Positions 55,039-64,000 of a stretch of 64,000 nt of DNA are shown here, one piece after another. The stretch covers positions 1 through 64,000 of the forward strand of contig CBDCCZ010000010.1 of the NCBI GenBank assembly GCA_965215005.1, read 5' to 3'. The notes beneath the pieces are model-generated. The model was not told the origin of the DNA. It was given only the letters and a program-made list of their open reading frames with translations, and ran no database searches. The stretch is from Kofleriaceae bacterium (GTDB lineage Bacteria; Myxococcota_A; Polyangia; Haliangiales; Haliangiaceae). Every line of letters begins with the position of its first letter. Position 1 is the stretch's first letter. Position numbers and translations under genes: made by a program.

Positions 55039-56451
55039 ATGCCCGGCGAGACCGTCCTCGTCATCGACGATAGTCCAACCATATTAAAGGTAGTCCAGCT
55101 GGTGCTGGCGAAGTCCGGCTTCCACGTCGAGCTCGCCTCCGACGGCGAAGCGGGACTTGCCGCGGCGCGGCGCACGCGCCCGGACCTGATCTTGGTGGAC
55201 TTCGTGATGCCTCGCATGAATGGCTACCAGTTCTGTCGCGAGCTCGCGGCCGACGCTGAGCTCAAAGACATTCCGGTAGTGCTGATGAGCGCCAAAGGCG
55301 ATCAGGTCGGCGAGCGGTTCGTCAAAGTCATGGGCATCGTCGACTACATCACCAAGCCGTTTTCGCCCGAAGCGATCACTGCCGTCGCCCAGCACACGAT
55401 CGCCAAATACAGTCGTCGCGCCGCGGAGGATCACTCGACGCCTCTCATCGCCGGCGCCGACGACGTGCAGGCCGATCCCGTCGCCCTCGAGGCAGCTCGC
55501 GCCGACGCCGCAGCTCGGCTCGACGCTCTGGCAGATCTGCGCGAGCGCATTGCTACGGCCGTGGCGGCGCGTCTGGCTGGTGTCCCACCGCTGGCTACGG
55601 CGCAAGCAGGGCCGCTCGATGCCGCCGCCATCGCCGATGCCACCCGGGCCGCTCTCGATGACGATAGCCTCACCGAGCTCGCTCGCACTGTGGACGCTGC
55701 CGCCATCATCGAAGACGGGCCGTCGCTGCGCGGCGATCTCCGGGTGGTGCCTGTCGCCGAGGTGTTGCAGCTCCTCGATGCCCAGGAGCAAAGCGGGGTT
55801 TTGGCGGCAGTACGCGCTAAGGGACGCGTCGAGATCTACTTTCGCAAGGGTCGCGTCGACCTCGCCGTCGCCACCGGCGTGGCGGAGGAGTTCCTCCTGG
55901 GCCGCTTCGTGCTCGAGGCCGAGATGATGACCCAGCAGGAGCTCGAGGAGTTTCTGCAAACGCGACAATCTGGCAGCCTCATCGGCAGCCAGCTCGTCGA
56001 GCGCGGTCACGTATCCCACGCCGAGCTCAGCCAGGTGCTCGCGCGCCAGACCTCTGAGCTGATCTACGAGATCTTGCGTTGGCGCTTTGGCAACTTTCGC
56101 TTCACGCGAACCAAAGAGCTGCCGGCGGTAGCCGTCGATGCGAGCTTGGGGCTCGACGTCGAAGGCATCTTGATGGAGGGATTTCGTCGGGTCGACGAGT
56201 GGCACCTCATCGAGCGGCAGGTCGATGACTTCGGCTTGGTGTTTTTGCGCAACGAGGACGCGGTCGCGCAGATGGGTCGCGGCCGACTCACGCGCGAAGA
56301 GCTCGCCATTCTCGAGCTCGTCAACGGCAAGAACACAGTCAAAGACATCATTCGCCGTTCACGCATGGGCTCGTTCGACGTCTCGAAGATGCTCTATCGC
56401 CTGCTGTCGATCAAACTCGTGCGCCGCCGCGTCATGCCGGTGGCGGTTTAG
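55039..56451 (+). CDS. Response regulator REC + DUF4388 (PatA-like) protein
   Basis: VIDDS, VDFVMP, ITKPF; LRGDL...EVLQLL...SGVL...IYFRKG, ILRWRFGNFRF, LMEGFRRVDEW; winged-helix-like tail. Confidence 0.88.
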   Translation: MPGETVLVIDDSPTILKVVQLVLAKSGFHVELASDGEAGLAAARRTRPDLILVDFVMPRMNGYQFCRELAADAELKDIPVVLMSAKGDQVGERFVKVMGIVDYITKPFSPEAITAVAQHTIAKYSRRAAEDHSTPLIAGADDVQADPVALEAARADAAARLDALADLRERIATAVAARLAGVPPLATAQAGPLDAAAIADATRAALDDDSLTELARTVDAAAIIEDGPSLRGDLRVVPVAEVLQLLDAQEQSGVLAAVRAKGRVEIYFRKGRVDLAVATGVAEEFLLGRFVLEAEMMTQQELEEFLQTRQSGSLIGSQLVERGHVSHAELSQVLARQTSELIYEILRWRFGNFRFTRTKELPAVAVDASLGLDVEGILMEGFRRVDEWHLIERQVDDFGLVFLRNEDAVAQMGRGRLTREELAILELVNGKNTVKDIIRRSRMGSFDVSKMLYRLLSIKLVRRRVMPVAV

Positions 56452-56475
56452 CGGCGGGGTGCAGCGGGATTGGCG

Positions 56476-56925
56476 ATGAAGAACGTCATCGTCTTCGATC
56501 AAGGTGGTGACCGATTCGCGGCCGAGCTGCGCTGGGTGCGTGAGGTCATCTCGCTGGGCTTCGTGACGCCGGTGCCCAACGCGCCAATGTTCGTGGCCGG
56601 CGTGGTCAACTTGCGCGGAACCTTGCTGCCGGTGCTCCACCTCGCGCCGCTCCGCGATGCATCAGCAACGGTGGCCGCAGCGGTGCGCCACGGCGACGGC
56701 GCAATCCTTCTGGATGTAGAGGGACTGCAAGCCGCGCTGCACATCGATAAAGTCGATGCCGTGTCCACGCTGGAGAGCGCCAGCAGCAGTAGCGTCGTCG
56801 ATGCGCGCGGCCGGCAACTACCGCTCATTCATCCGCCGACCCTGTTGCGACGCGCGGTTTCGCTCGCCAACCAAACCAGAGAGCTCTTGCCTCTGCCCGC
56901 GGACGATGTCGGTGGCGTGCTCTGA
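56476..56925 (+). CDS. cheW: CheW scaffold protein
   Basis: VREVI...TPVPNAPMFVAGVVNLRGTLLPVL. Confidence 0.88.
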   Translation: MKNVIVFDQGGDRFAAELRWVREVISLGFVTPVPNAPMFVAGVVNLRGTLLPVLHLAPLRDASATVAAAVRHGDGAILLDVEGLQAALHIDKVDAVSTLESASSSSVVDARGRQLPLIHPPTLLRRAVSLANQTRELLPLPADDVGGVL

Positions 56926-59257
56926 CGACGATTTTGCGCCCGAGGAGCTGGCGATGCTCCGCGAGCTGTTCCGTGACGAGGCCTGCGAGGCGCTCGAGCG
57001 GCTTATCACGCGCCTGCTGCAAGCAGCCTCGACGGGCCCGCCCGACGAGACCACGCTGTCCGAGCTGATGCGCACCACCCACACCCTGAAGGGATCAGCG
57101 GGCACGGTTGGGCTCACCACCATCGCTGAGCTCACCCATCGGCTCGAAGACCAACTCGCGCGCGTGCGCTCGCACGCGTTGCCATGGTCGAGCGCGCTCG
57201 TCGACAGGCTGGTCGGTGTCATCGATGCGATCCGCTCGGTTGTCGATGTGCTGGGTGATCCGGCCGCCGAGCTCGCTTGCGCAGCGCGCGCCATCACCCG
57301 CCTCGATACGCTCGCGGGTCGAGCAAGTGACGCCGTGCCTGAGGCCATCCCGCACCCGCTCGGTGACGAGGTCAGCGCTGCCGTGCACTCGACGCCCCAC
57401 GACGCGTTGGATGCAGAGGTGCTTCAGAGCATCCCGTCTCCTCTATCCAGCGGCAAATCCGCCGCCGAAGTGACCCACTCGGTCGTCGCCGGCGAAGCCA
57501 GCGACTCGCTGCGCCGTGAAGCCGCGAGCCCAGGCGTGTATTCGTCGATCCTGCGAGTCGATTCGGCGCGCGTCGACCAGCTCATGGACAGCGTCGGCGA
57601 GCTCACCTTCGATCGCACGCGGATCGAGCGCCGGGTCCAGCAGCTGCGCACTCTCGCAAAGGAAGTTGGCCGCACCCGCCAAGAGCTCCGTAGTCATCTC
57701 GGAGCCGTGCGAGCTGCCACCGACGATGCGCGACGCCAAGCCATCGAGGCCCGATTTCTGGCCATCGAAAGCGACCTGGCGCGGCAAGTCACGCAGCTCT
57801 CGCAGACCACCGCGAGCCTCATCGAAGATGCCGATGCCCTGCGCCGCACCACCAGCACGCTACAAGATGGGCTCACGCGCGTCCGCATGCAGACGGCGCG
57901 CACGCTGTTTCAGCGGCTCGCACGCAGCTTCCGAGTCGCGGTGCGTGATACCGGCAAAGAAGTTCGCATGCTCACCAGCGGCGAGGACGTCGAGTTCGAC
58001 AAGGCTCTCGCCGAGCAGCTCCTCGACCCACTCACGCAACTGCTGCGCAATGCAGTGGCTCACGGCATCGAGCCCGCCCACCAGCGGCGCGCCGCCGGCA
58101 AAGAGCCGCAAGGGCTCATCTCCGTGGCGGCGCGACAAGAAGGCGGACTGATGGTCCTCGAGGTGGCCGACGATGGCCATGGGATCGAGCCGGGAACGCT
58201 GCGCCGGCAGTTCGTCGCCAGCGGGCGCTGGTCGGCGACGCGCGCGCGAATCACCAGCGATGAAGAGGTCATTCGGGCGGTATTCGAGCCAGGGATGTCG
58301 ACGCGGGATGAGGTCGACGAGCTCAGTGGCCGCGGCGTCGGCCTCGATGTCGTACGCGAGACCATCGCGCGCCTTGGCGGCGAGATTCGCCTCACCTCCA
58401 CGCCCGGGAAGGGCACGAGGTTCACCATGCGACTGCCGGTGTCGGCAGCGGTGAGCCAAGCATTGCTCTTCAAGGTCGATGGCCACGTCTACGCGCTGCC
58501 CAACGTCCACGTCACCCAAACCGTGCAGGTGTCGGTCGAGGCACGCGCGGCAGCCACGCTGCTCGTGCACGGCACCCGCCAGCCACTGCTCGATTTGCAC
58601 CGCGTGCTCGGCACCACGGCGCCCCGTGCCGTGGCGCTCCCCGGCGTGGTTCTCGAATACGCAGGCAAGCAGCTGGCGTTCACGTGCGACAAGCTCGTCG
58701 GTCCGCGCGAAATCGTCATCAAGCCGCTCGGCCCGCTGCTCGCGCCCTTGCCGCTGTATGCGGGCGCGACGATCAGCGGCTCGGGAAAAGTGCAGTTGAT
58801 CCTCGATCCGGCCGCTCTCGTGGCCCTGGCGTATCCTGATGGAGCGCCCATCGAAGCGCCCATCGAGTCGAGCGCCAGTGCACCGCAAGTGTCGCAGCTG
58901 CTCGGACGCGCGCTCGTCGTCGATGACTCACGCGCGATTCGTGAAGCGCTCAGTCGCATGTTGTCGAGCGAAGGCTTCATCGTCGACCTCGCCGAAGACG
59001 GCGCGCGAGCCTGGGCCATGGTCGCTGAGCTGGCCTACGACGTCGTGCTAACCGACCTCGAGATGCCGCGGCTGGGCGGCTTCCAACTGGTCGCCAAGCT
59101 GCGCGCCGATGAGCGATTTCACGCGCTGCCGGTGGTGGTGGTGTCGTCGCGAGCAACGGCTGCCAATCGCCGCCGCGCCGAAGAGCTCGGCGCGCGCGGC
59201 TTCCTTGCCAAACCAGTCACCAAACGCAAGCTTCTCGACGCCCTGCGCGGGCTTTGA
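56906..59257 (+). CDS. cheA: Hybrid CheA histidine kinase (Hpt-dimer-HATPase-CheW-REC)
   Basis: HTLKGSAG, LRVDSARVDQLM, LRNAVAHGIE, DDGHG, SGRGVGLDVV, GATISGSGKVQLILD, REC VVDDS/TDLEMP/AKP. Confidence 0.93.
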   Translation: MSVACSDDDFAPEELAMLRELFRDEACEALERLITRLLQAASTGPPDETTLSELMRTTHTLKGSAGTVGLTTIAELTHRLEDQLARVRSHALPWSSALVDRLVGVIDAIRSVVDVLGDPAAELACAARAITRLDTLAGRASDAVPEAIPHPLGDEVSAAVHSTPHDALDAEVLQSIPSPLSSGKSAAEVTHSVVAGEASDSLRREAASPGVYSSILRVDSARVDQLMDSVGELTFDRTRIERRVQQLRTLAKEVGRTRQELRSHLGAVRAATDDARRQAIEARFLAIESDLARQVTQLSQTTASLIEDADALRRTTSTLQDGLTRVRMQTARTLFQRLARSFRVAVRDTGKEVRMLTSGEDVEFDKALAEQLLDPLTQLLRNAVAHGIEPAHQRRAAGKEPQGLISVAARQEGGLMVLEVADDGHGIEPGTLRRQFVASGRWSATRARITSDEEVIRAVFEPGMSTRDEVDELSGRGVGLDVVRETIARLGGEIRLTSTPGKGTRFTMRLPVSAAVSQALLFKVDGHVYALPNVHVTQTVQVSVEARAAATLLVHGTRQPLLDLHRVLGTTAPRAVALPGVVLEYAGKQLAFTCDKLVGPREIVIKPLGPLLAPLPLYAGATISGSGKVQLILDPAALVALAYPDGAPIEAPIESSASAPQVSQLLGRALVVDDSRAIREALSRMLSSEGFIVDLAEDGARAWAMVAELAYDVVLTDLEMPRLGGFQLVAKLRADERFHALPVVVVSSRATAANRRRAEELGARGFLAKPVTKRKLLDALRGL

Positions 59258-59279
59258 CGCGGCGCTTCAGTGGCGGCGA

Positions 59280-61652
59280 TTAACGACGGCGCTTCTTGCC
59301 AGGGCCGCTGCGGCGTTTCTTGCCCGCGCCGTCGCGCTTGGTGCCACGAGCGCCCGCCGCTTCGCGCTTCTTGGCTCCGCCGGGTTTGCCAGCACGCGCC
59401 TGCCGCGGCGCCGGCGCGCGCCGCTGTTGATCCTTGCCGTCGCGAGTCCGTCGGCGACGCCGCGGCGGCGCCGTGGTCGCCTCGGCCGAAACGGTATGCG
59501 CGACCAATTCGAAATCGATACGGCGCTGGGCCACCGACACCTTGACGAGCTGGACCTCGAGCTCATCGCCAAGACCGATACGTACGCCGGTGCGACTGCC
59601 TTGCAGCGTCATGCGAATCGGGTCGAAGTGGAAGAACTCATCGCCGAGGGTTTCGATCTTGATGAGTCCTTCGACGTACGGCTCTTCAATCTCGACGAAA
59701 ACGCCAAAGCTGGTCACGCCAGTGACGCGGGCGTCGAACGTCTCACCGAGCTGCTCGCGCATGATGAAGGCGCGGTACATCGAAACTGCTTCGCGCTCGG
59801 CTTCCATGGCGCGCCGTTCAGCGGCCGAGGCATCCCCAGCCATGTTTTTGAGCTCGTCTTTCGCCGGCGGCGGCAGCGCACTCGCTCCACCCGAGGCTTG
59901 GCCTTCGGCGTGCAAATAGTGCTTGAGCAAGCGATGGACGATGACGTCGGGATAGCGCCGAATCGGCGAGGTGAAGTGCAGATAGTCTGGCGACGCGAGG
60001 CCAAAATGGCCGATATGAGCCGTGTCGTAGATGGCTTGCTTGAGGGTACGCAACACCTGAAACATGAGCGACTTGGCTGCCGGCAAGTCCGCGACCGCAT
60101 CGAGCACCTTGCTCATGCCCGCTGGCGCGATGGCCTCCTCGACGTCGACGTCGATGCCGAAATGAGCCAGCATTTCGGCCAGATCTTCGACGCGCGACTG
60201 CTCCGGCGGCGCATGCACCCGCCATACGGTGGTTAGCCCGCGTTCCTCGAAAAACGCCCCCACCGCCTCGTTGGCGGCAATCATGAACTCCTCGACCAGC
60301 TGATACGCTCCCTTGACACCTTCGTCGCCTTTGGCCTGCACGACGTCGCGGACCAACATCGGATCATCGGCGTCGAGCACCACTTTTGCTTCGGGCAGAT
60401 CGAGATTGAGCGCGCCCCGGCTCATCCGTCGCCGCCGCAGCTGTTGCGCCAGCTCGCTCAGACGCTCGAGCGCTGGCTCCCAACGGCGATACACTCCGCG
60501 GCGGCCGCGGAAATCGCCCCGAAGCGCTGCTGCGACTCCTGGATAGTCGAGCCGCGCGTGCGAGCGGATCACCGCCGCAGCAAAGCCCTTGCCCGTGAGC
60601 GAGCCGTTTTGATCATAGTCGAGCCGTGCGACCATGGCGCAGCGGTCGACCTCGGGGTTGAGCGAGCAGATTCCGGCCGACAGTGGAAACGGCAGCATCG
60701 GGATGACGCGGTCGGGAAGATAGACGGAGACGCCGCGCAGCCGTGCCTCGCGATCGAGAGCATCATCGGGGCGGACGTAATGCGAGACATCGGCGACCGC
60801 GATCCACACGCGGGTGCCGCCGCGCGGCCCGTCCTCGATGCATAGCGCATCATCAAAATCGCGGGCGGTTTCGGGATCGATGGTGACGAACTCGCGATCG
60901 CGCAAATCGATGCGGTCGGCAAAGTCGTCAGCGCGAAGGTCCTGCGGGGTGTCCTCGCCCTGGGCACGCGCGGCCTCGGGAAACTCGGTGGGAATATCGC
61001 CACAGACGATGATCTTTTCGATTTCCACTCGCGGGTCTTCGGGATCCCCGAGCACGCGAATCACCCGGCCCGAAATGGTGGGGTCTTCTTCACTCGGATA
61101 GCTCGAGATATCGACCACCACCGCCTCGCCGACCTTGCCTTCGATGGCGCCCGCGAGCAGGTGCACGCGGCCGTAGTCGGTGGCGATGCGAGGGTCATCC
61201 GGCTCGAGGTACATGGTGCGACCGGTGCGTCGCAGCGTGCCGGTGAGCTTGGCGCGGCCGCGCGAGACCACTTCCTGAACGCGCCCCTCGGTGCCCTTGT
61301 GGCCCGCCCAAGTGGCGACGACCACGCGATCGCCATCCATCGCCGAGCCGCGATACTTCGCCGGAATGAAGACATCGTCGCTGCCGTCATCGAGGGCGAC
61401 GAAGCCATAGCCTGCGGGATGCACGCTGATGCGGCCGACGGTGCTCGGTATTTCTGAAGGCGCCGACACCGCGTAAGCGGCTCGCCCGACCCGACGAATC
61501 ACTCCATCGGTGACCATCGACGTGAGCAGGCGCCGAAGTCGCAACTGATCCTTCTTACGAACATCGAGCTCCTCGGCGAGCTCGACGAATTTCATTCCAC
61601 TGGTGAACGCCTGCCCGAGGGCGGACAAGACTGCTTCTCTACTAAAACTCAT
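59280..61652 (-). CDS. rnr: Ribonuclease R
   Basis: CSD HPAGYGFV, RNB TIDPETARDFDDA, HFTSPIRRYPD, S1 domain, basic tail. Confidence 0.95.
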   Translation of the reverse strand: MSFSREAVLSALGQAFTSGMKFVELAEELDVRKKDQLRLRRLLTSMVTDGVIRRVGRAAYAVSAPSEIPSTVGRISVHPAGYGFVALDDGSDDVFIPAKYRGSAMDGDRVVVATWAGHKGTEGRVQEVVSRGRAKLTGTLRRTGRTMYLEPDDPRIATDYGRVHLLAGAIEGKVGEAVVVDISSYPSEEDPTISGRVIRVLGDPEDPRVEIEKIIVCGDIPTEFPEAARAQGEDTPQDLRADDFADRIDLRDREFVTIDPETARDFDDALCIEDGPRGGTRVWIAVADVSHYVRPDDALDREARLRGVSVYLPDRVIPMLPFPLSAGICSLNPEVDRCAMVARLDYDQNGSLTGKGFAAAVIRSHARLDYPGVAAALRGDFRGRRGVYRRWEPALERLSELAQQLRRRRMSRGALNLDLPEAKVVLDADDPMLVRDVVQAKGDEGVKGAYQLVEEFMIAANEAVGAFFEERGLTTVWRVHAPPEQSRVEDLAEMLAHFGIDVDVEEAIAPAGMSKVLDAVADLPAAKSLMFQVLRTLKQAIYDTAHIGHFGLASPDYLHFTSPIRRYPDVIVHRLLKHYLHAEGQASGGASALPPPAKDELKNMAGDASAAERRAMEAEREAVSMYRAFIMREQLGETFDARVTGVTSFGVFVEIEEPYVEGLIKIETLGDEFFHFDPIRMTLQGSRTGVRIGLGDELEVQLVKVSVAQRRIDFELVAHTVSAEATTAPPRRRRRTRDGKDQQRRAPAPRQARAGKPGGAKKREAAGARGTKRDGAGKKRRSGPGKKRRR

Positions 61653-61766
61653 TGAATCGTAACCAAATCTGCAATTGAGTCGCCGTTCGCGGCGCATCGA
61701 GGATGCGCTCCGAAGGCGATGAACGCCACCGCTTGGCAGTCAACAGCCGCCGCGGTGAAAGAAACA

Positions 61767-63047
61767 CTACTGAAACGCTCGAAGCGTGTGATCGTCACTG
61801 GCGGCATAGACCACTCCGCTCGAGGAAACTGCCGGGGTGCTATCGACATCATCGTCGAAGGCCAGGTACCAGCGCAGCCGGCCATCCCGAGAAAGAGCAT
61901 ACAGGTGATCATCTTGCGCGCCGAACAGGATGGTGCCGTCGGTCGCGATGATGGGAGAGCCGTGAATCTTGTCGGCGGCAGCAAAGCGCCACTGTACCTG
62001 GCCGCTCGGTGCAATGGCGTACAGCGATCCATCGTAAGAGCCAACATAAATCGTCCCATCATCCGCAATGGCAGGCGAGCCGCGAATGTCACCTCGCGTG
62101 ATCACCTTCCAGGAAACATCGCCTTCGGGCGTGATGGCATAGAGCGCATGGTCATCGCTGCCAACATAGATAGTGCCATCGGCGCCGATGGCAGGTGAGG
62201 AGTCGATGTCGCGACGGGTTCGCAGCTCCCAACGCTTGGTGCCATCGGGGCGAATCGCATACAGCGCATCGCCCTGCCCGCCCGCGTAGATCGTGCCGTC
62301 GGGGCCAATCGCGGGCGCGGTCGCCACGTGCTCGGGCGTGGCAAACTTCCATCGCAAGGTGCCGTCGGGATAGACCGCGTAGACGCCGTCGCCGCCGGTG
62401 TACACGGTGCCATCGGAGCCAAGCGTTGGCCCCCCATCGACGTCGCAGCGCGAACCTTCGGGACCAAACGCGCCGGCGTCGCACTCGCCGATGCGAAACC
62501 GCCAGCGAATCGTCCCGGTTGCGCCGTCGATGGCATACAAATGGTCATCGTCGGAGCCGGTATACACGGTGCCGTCTTCGGCAACCGCGGGCGTGCTCCA
62601 GATGCGATCGCCGGTGGCCACCTGCCAACGGAGCTGTCCGGCTGGCGAGAACGCATACAGCCGCTTATCGTGAGAGCCGACGTAGATCGTGCCGTCGGGG
62701 CCAAGCGTCGGTGACCCAGCGATGGGACCTTCGAGCTTCACCGCCCACAGCTGCCGCGGTTGGCTGCTGGGCGCCGGTCCCGCGGTGCGGCCGGTGTGCT
62801 GCGCGTTGCCGCCAAACATCGCATGCGGCGGCGAGCCCGCGGCCGCGCGCGGTGGTGGAGGCTGCGGTGGTGGGGTCGCCACGTACGCGGCCGATTCGGG
62901 CGGCGGCTCGATGCAGCGCTGCGCGCTACAGATGCGCGCGCCTTTGCAGTCGCTGTCCTTGGCACAACCGATGGGAGTCGGCCGAGCCGCGGGTCGCGGG
63001 CACGCCGCCAGCAGGATCGCCGTGATGACGACGAGCAGGCGGTTCAT
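61767..63047 (-). CDS. PQQ-like beta-propeller repeat lipoprotein
   Basis: Lipobox LAAC, Cys motif CAKDSDCKGARIC, about 8 repeats of SPAIGxDGTIYVGSxDxxLYA...W. Confidence 0.88.
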   Translation of the reverse strand: MNRLLVVITAILLAACPRPAARPTPIGCAKDSDCKGARICSAQRCIEPPPESAAYVATPPPQPPPPRAAAGSPPHAMFGGNAQHTGRTAGPAPSSQPRQLWAVKLEGPIAGSPTLGPDGTIYVGSHDKRLYAFSPAGQLRWQVATGDRIWSTPAVAEDGTVYTGSDDDHLYAIDGATGTIRWRFRIGECDAGAFGPEGSRCDVDGGPTLGSDGTVYTGGDGVYAVYPDGTLRWKFATPEHVATAPAIGPDGTIYAGGQGDALYAIRPDGTKRWELRTRRDIDSSPAIGADGTIYVGSDDHALYAITPEGDVSWKVITRGDIRGSPAIADDGTIYVGSYDGSLYAIAPSGQVQWRFAAADKIHGSPIIATDGTILFGAQDDHLYALSRDGRLRWYLAFDDDVDSTPAVSSSGVVYAASDDHTLRAFQ

Positions 63048-63058
63048 GAGGTTGGAGT

Positions 63059-63334
63059 TTACGCCTTCGGTAAGTCGGTGGTGAAACGCTCGGCGAGCTT
63101 TTCGAAGTAGCGGCGCGTTTCTTCCAAAATATCGGGGTCTTGATCGGGATACATGCGGATGCCGTAGGCGCCACACGCATCGGTTGTCACCGGGCCGACG
63201 GGCAGACCGCCGACGATTCCAGTCTGCTCGTGATACAGCAGCGCCAGCACTTCGGCGTGACTCTCGGGGACAAGGAACGTCCGCCGACCCAACTCGGGCC
63301 GGCCATCCTTGAAGCCCTCGACGAGTTTGGCCAT
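63059..63334 (-). CDS. Hypothetical protein (91 aa)
   Basis: Balanced composition, fills the gap upstream of the PQQ gene, TTGACT-N17-AAAACT upstream. Confidence 0.6.
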   Translation of the reverse strand: MAKLVEGFKDGRPELGRRTFLVPESHAEVLALLYHEQTGIVGGLPVGPVTTDACGAYGIRMYPDQDPDILEETRRYFEKLAERFTTDLPKA

Positions 63335-63431
63335 CGGTTCGCTAGTTTTTCATCGCAGGTCATAGAAGTCAAAGCGGATCCAGCCCTTCTGGTGGTACCG
63401 GTTCGGCGCCGCGGGCTCGTCCGCCGGCGCT

Positions 63432-63460
63432 TTGACCGCACGCGCCGAGCTTGCGAAGAT
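63432..63460 (+). promoter_or_regulatory. Sigma-70-type promoter, leaderless geometry
   Basis: TTGACC-N17-GAAGAT, 7 nt before ATG 63468. Confidence 0.45.
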
Positions 63461-63467
63461 GCCGCTC

Positions 63468-64000
63468 ATGGGCTCGCCGCGACTCCTCTTCTATTTCGAC
63501 TTCTCATGCCCTTACGCCTATCTCGCCGCGACGCAGATCGAGGCGATCGCCGAGCGCGGCGGCGCGGAGCTGGTGTGGAGGCCGATGCTGCTCGGCGGCG
63601 TGTTCCGCAGCATCGGCACCGGCGATGGGCCCATGGCCACGATGGGCGCGGCCAAAGCGCGTCACAACGGCCTCGACATGTACCGCTGGGCCGATCACTT
63701 CGACGTTCCGCTCACGCTCCCGAGCGGTCATCCGATGCGAACGGTGGCCGCGCTGCGGGCGCTGCTCACGCTTCCCGAGGAGCGATGGAGCGCGACGATT
63801 GCCGCGGTGTATCGCGCGTATTGGCAGAAAGGACTGGACATCAGCCAGAAAGCTGGCTTGCGCGCCGCGCTCGCTGATGTGCTCGAGGCAGCGGAGCTGG
63901 AAGCAGCGTTGGCCGGCAGCGACGACAGTGCCGTGAAAGACGAGCTGCGCCGGCGGACCGACGAGGCCGTCGCGCGCGGCGTGTTTGGCGCGCCGACGAT
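63468..64000 (+). CDS. 2-hydroxychromene-2-carboxylate isomerase / DsbA-kappa-GST family protein; runs off the window
   Basis: Manual translation MGSPRLLFYFDFSCPYAYLA...WRPMLLGGVF...ARGVFGAPT. Confidence 0.88.
   Translation, partial: MGSPRLLFYFDFSCPYAYLAATQIEAIAERGGAELVWRPMLLGGVFRSIGTGDGPMATMGAAKARHNGLDMYRWADHFDVPLTLPSGHPMRTVAALRALLTLPEERWSATIAAVYRAYWQKGLDISQKAGLRAALADVLEAAELEAALAGSDDSAVKDELRRRTDEAVARGVFGAPT

Noticed and set aside
61780..62760. ~120-bp periodicity resembling an array
   Set aside because: Degenerate coding repeats of the beta-propeller, not CRISPR.

Overview
GC-rich, gene-dense chromosomal segment, very likely from a myxobacterium (Myxococcota). The indicators are a MYXO-CTERM tail, three large Hanks-type Ser/Thr kinases, an FHA-sigma54 activator, a PEGA protein and many lipoproteins. 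About 50 CDS can be supported: prolyl oligopeptidase (partial), an Mla/Pqi-type MCE ABC operon, a kinase-AAA-TPR protein, slyD, two RluA-family pseudouridine synthases, a cobalamin-riboswitch-controlled btuCDF operon, an RssB/RssC-like REC-PP2C + STAS pair, an M4 peptidase, frmA-fghA, ggt, a 1052-aa NlpC/P60 fusion, tRNA-Cys(GCA), ltaE, a divergent ECF sigma/Ser-Thr kinase pair, sppA, a tandem double kinase facing a receptor-less CheW/CheA cluster, rnr and a PQQ-repeat lipoprotein. Three genes are disrupted (two +1 frameshifts, one internal deletion). I saw no integrase, transposase, prophage, rRNA or CRISPR array. The best candidates for new biology are: (i) the double-kinase / MCP-less chemosensory locus; (ii) the NlpC/P60 protein with an apparent second Cys-His-Asp domain; (iii) many leaderless-type promoters, including a palindromic bidirectional -10 between the ECF sigma and its kinase. 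All calls come from reading motifs by eye; no searches were run, so novelty is unverified.
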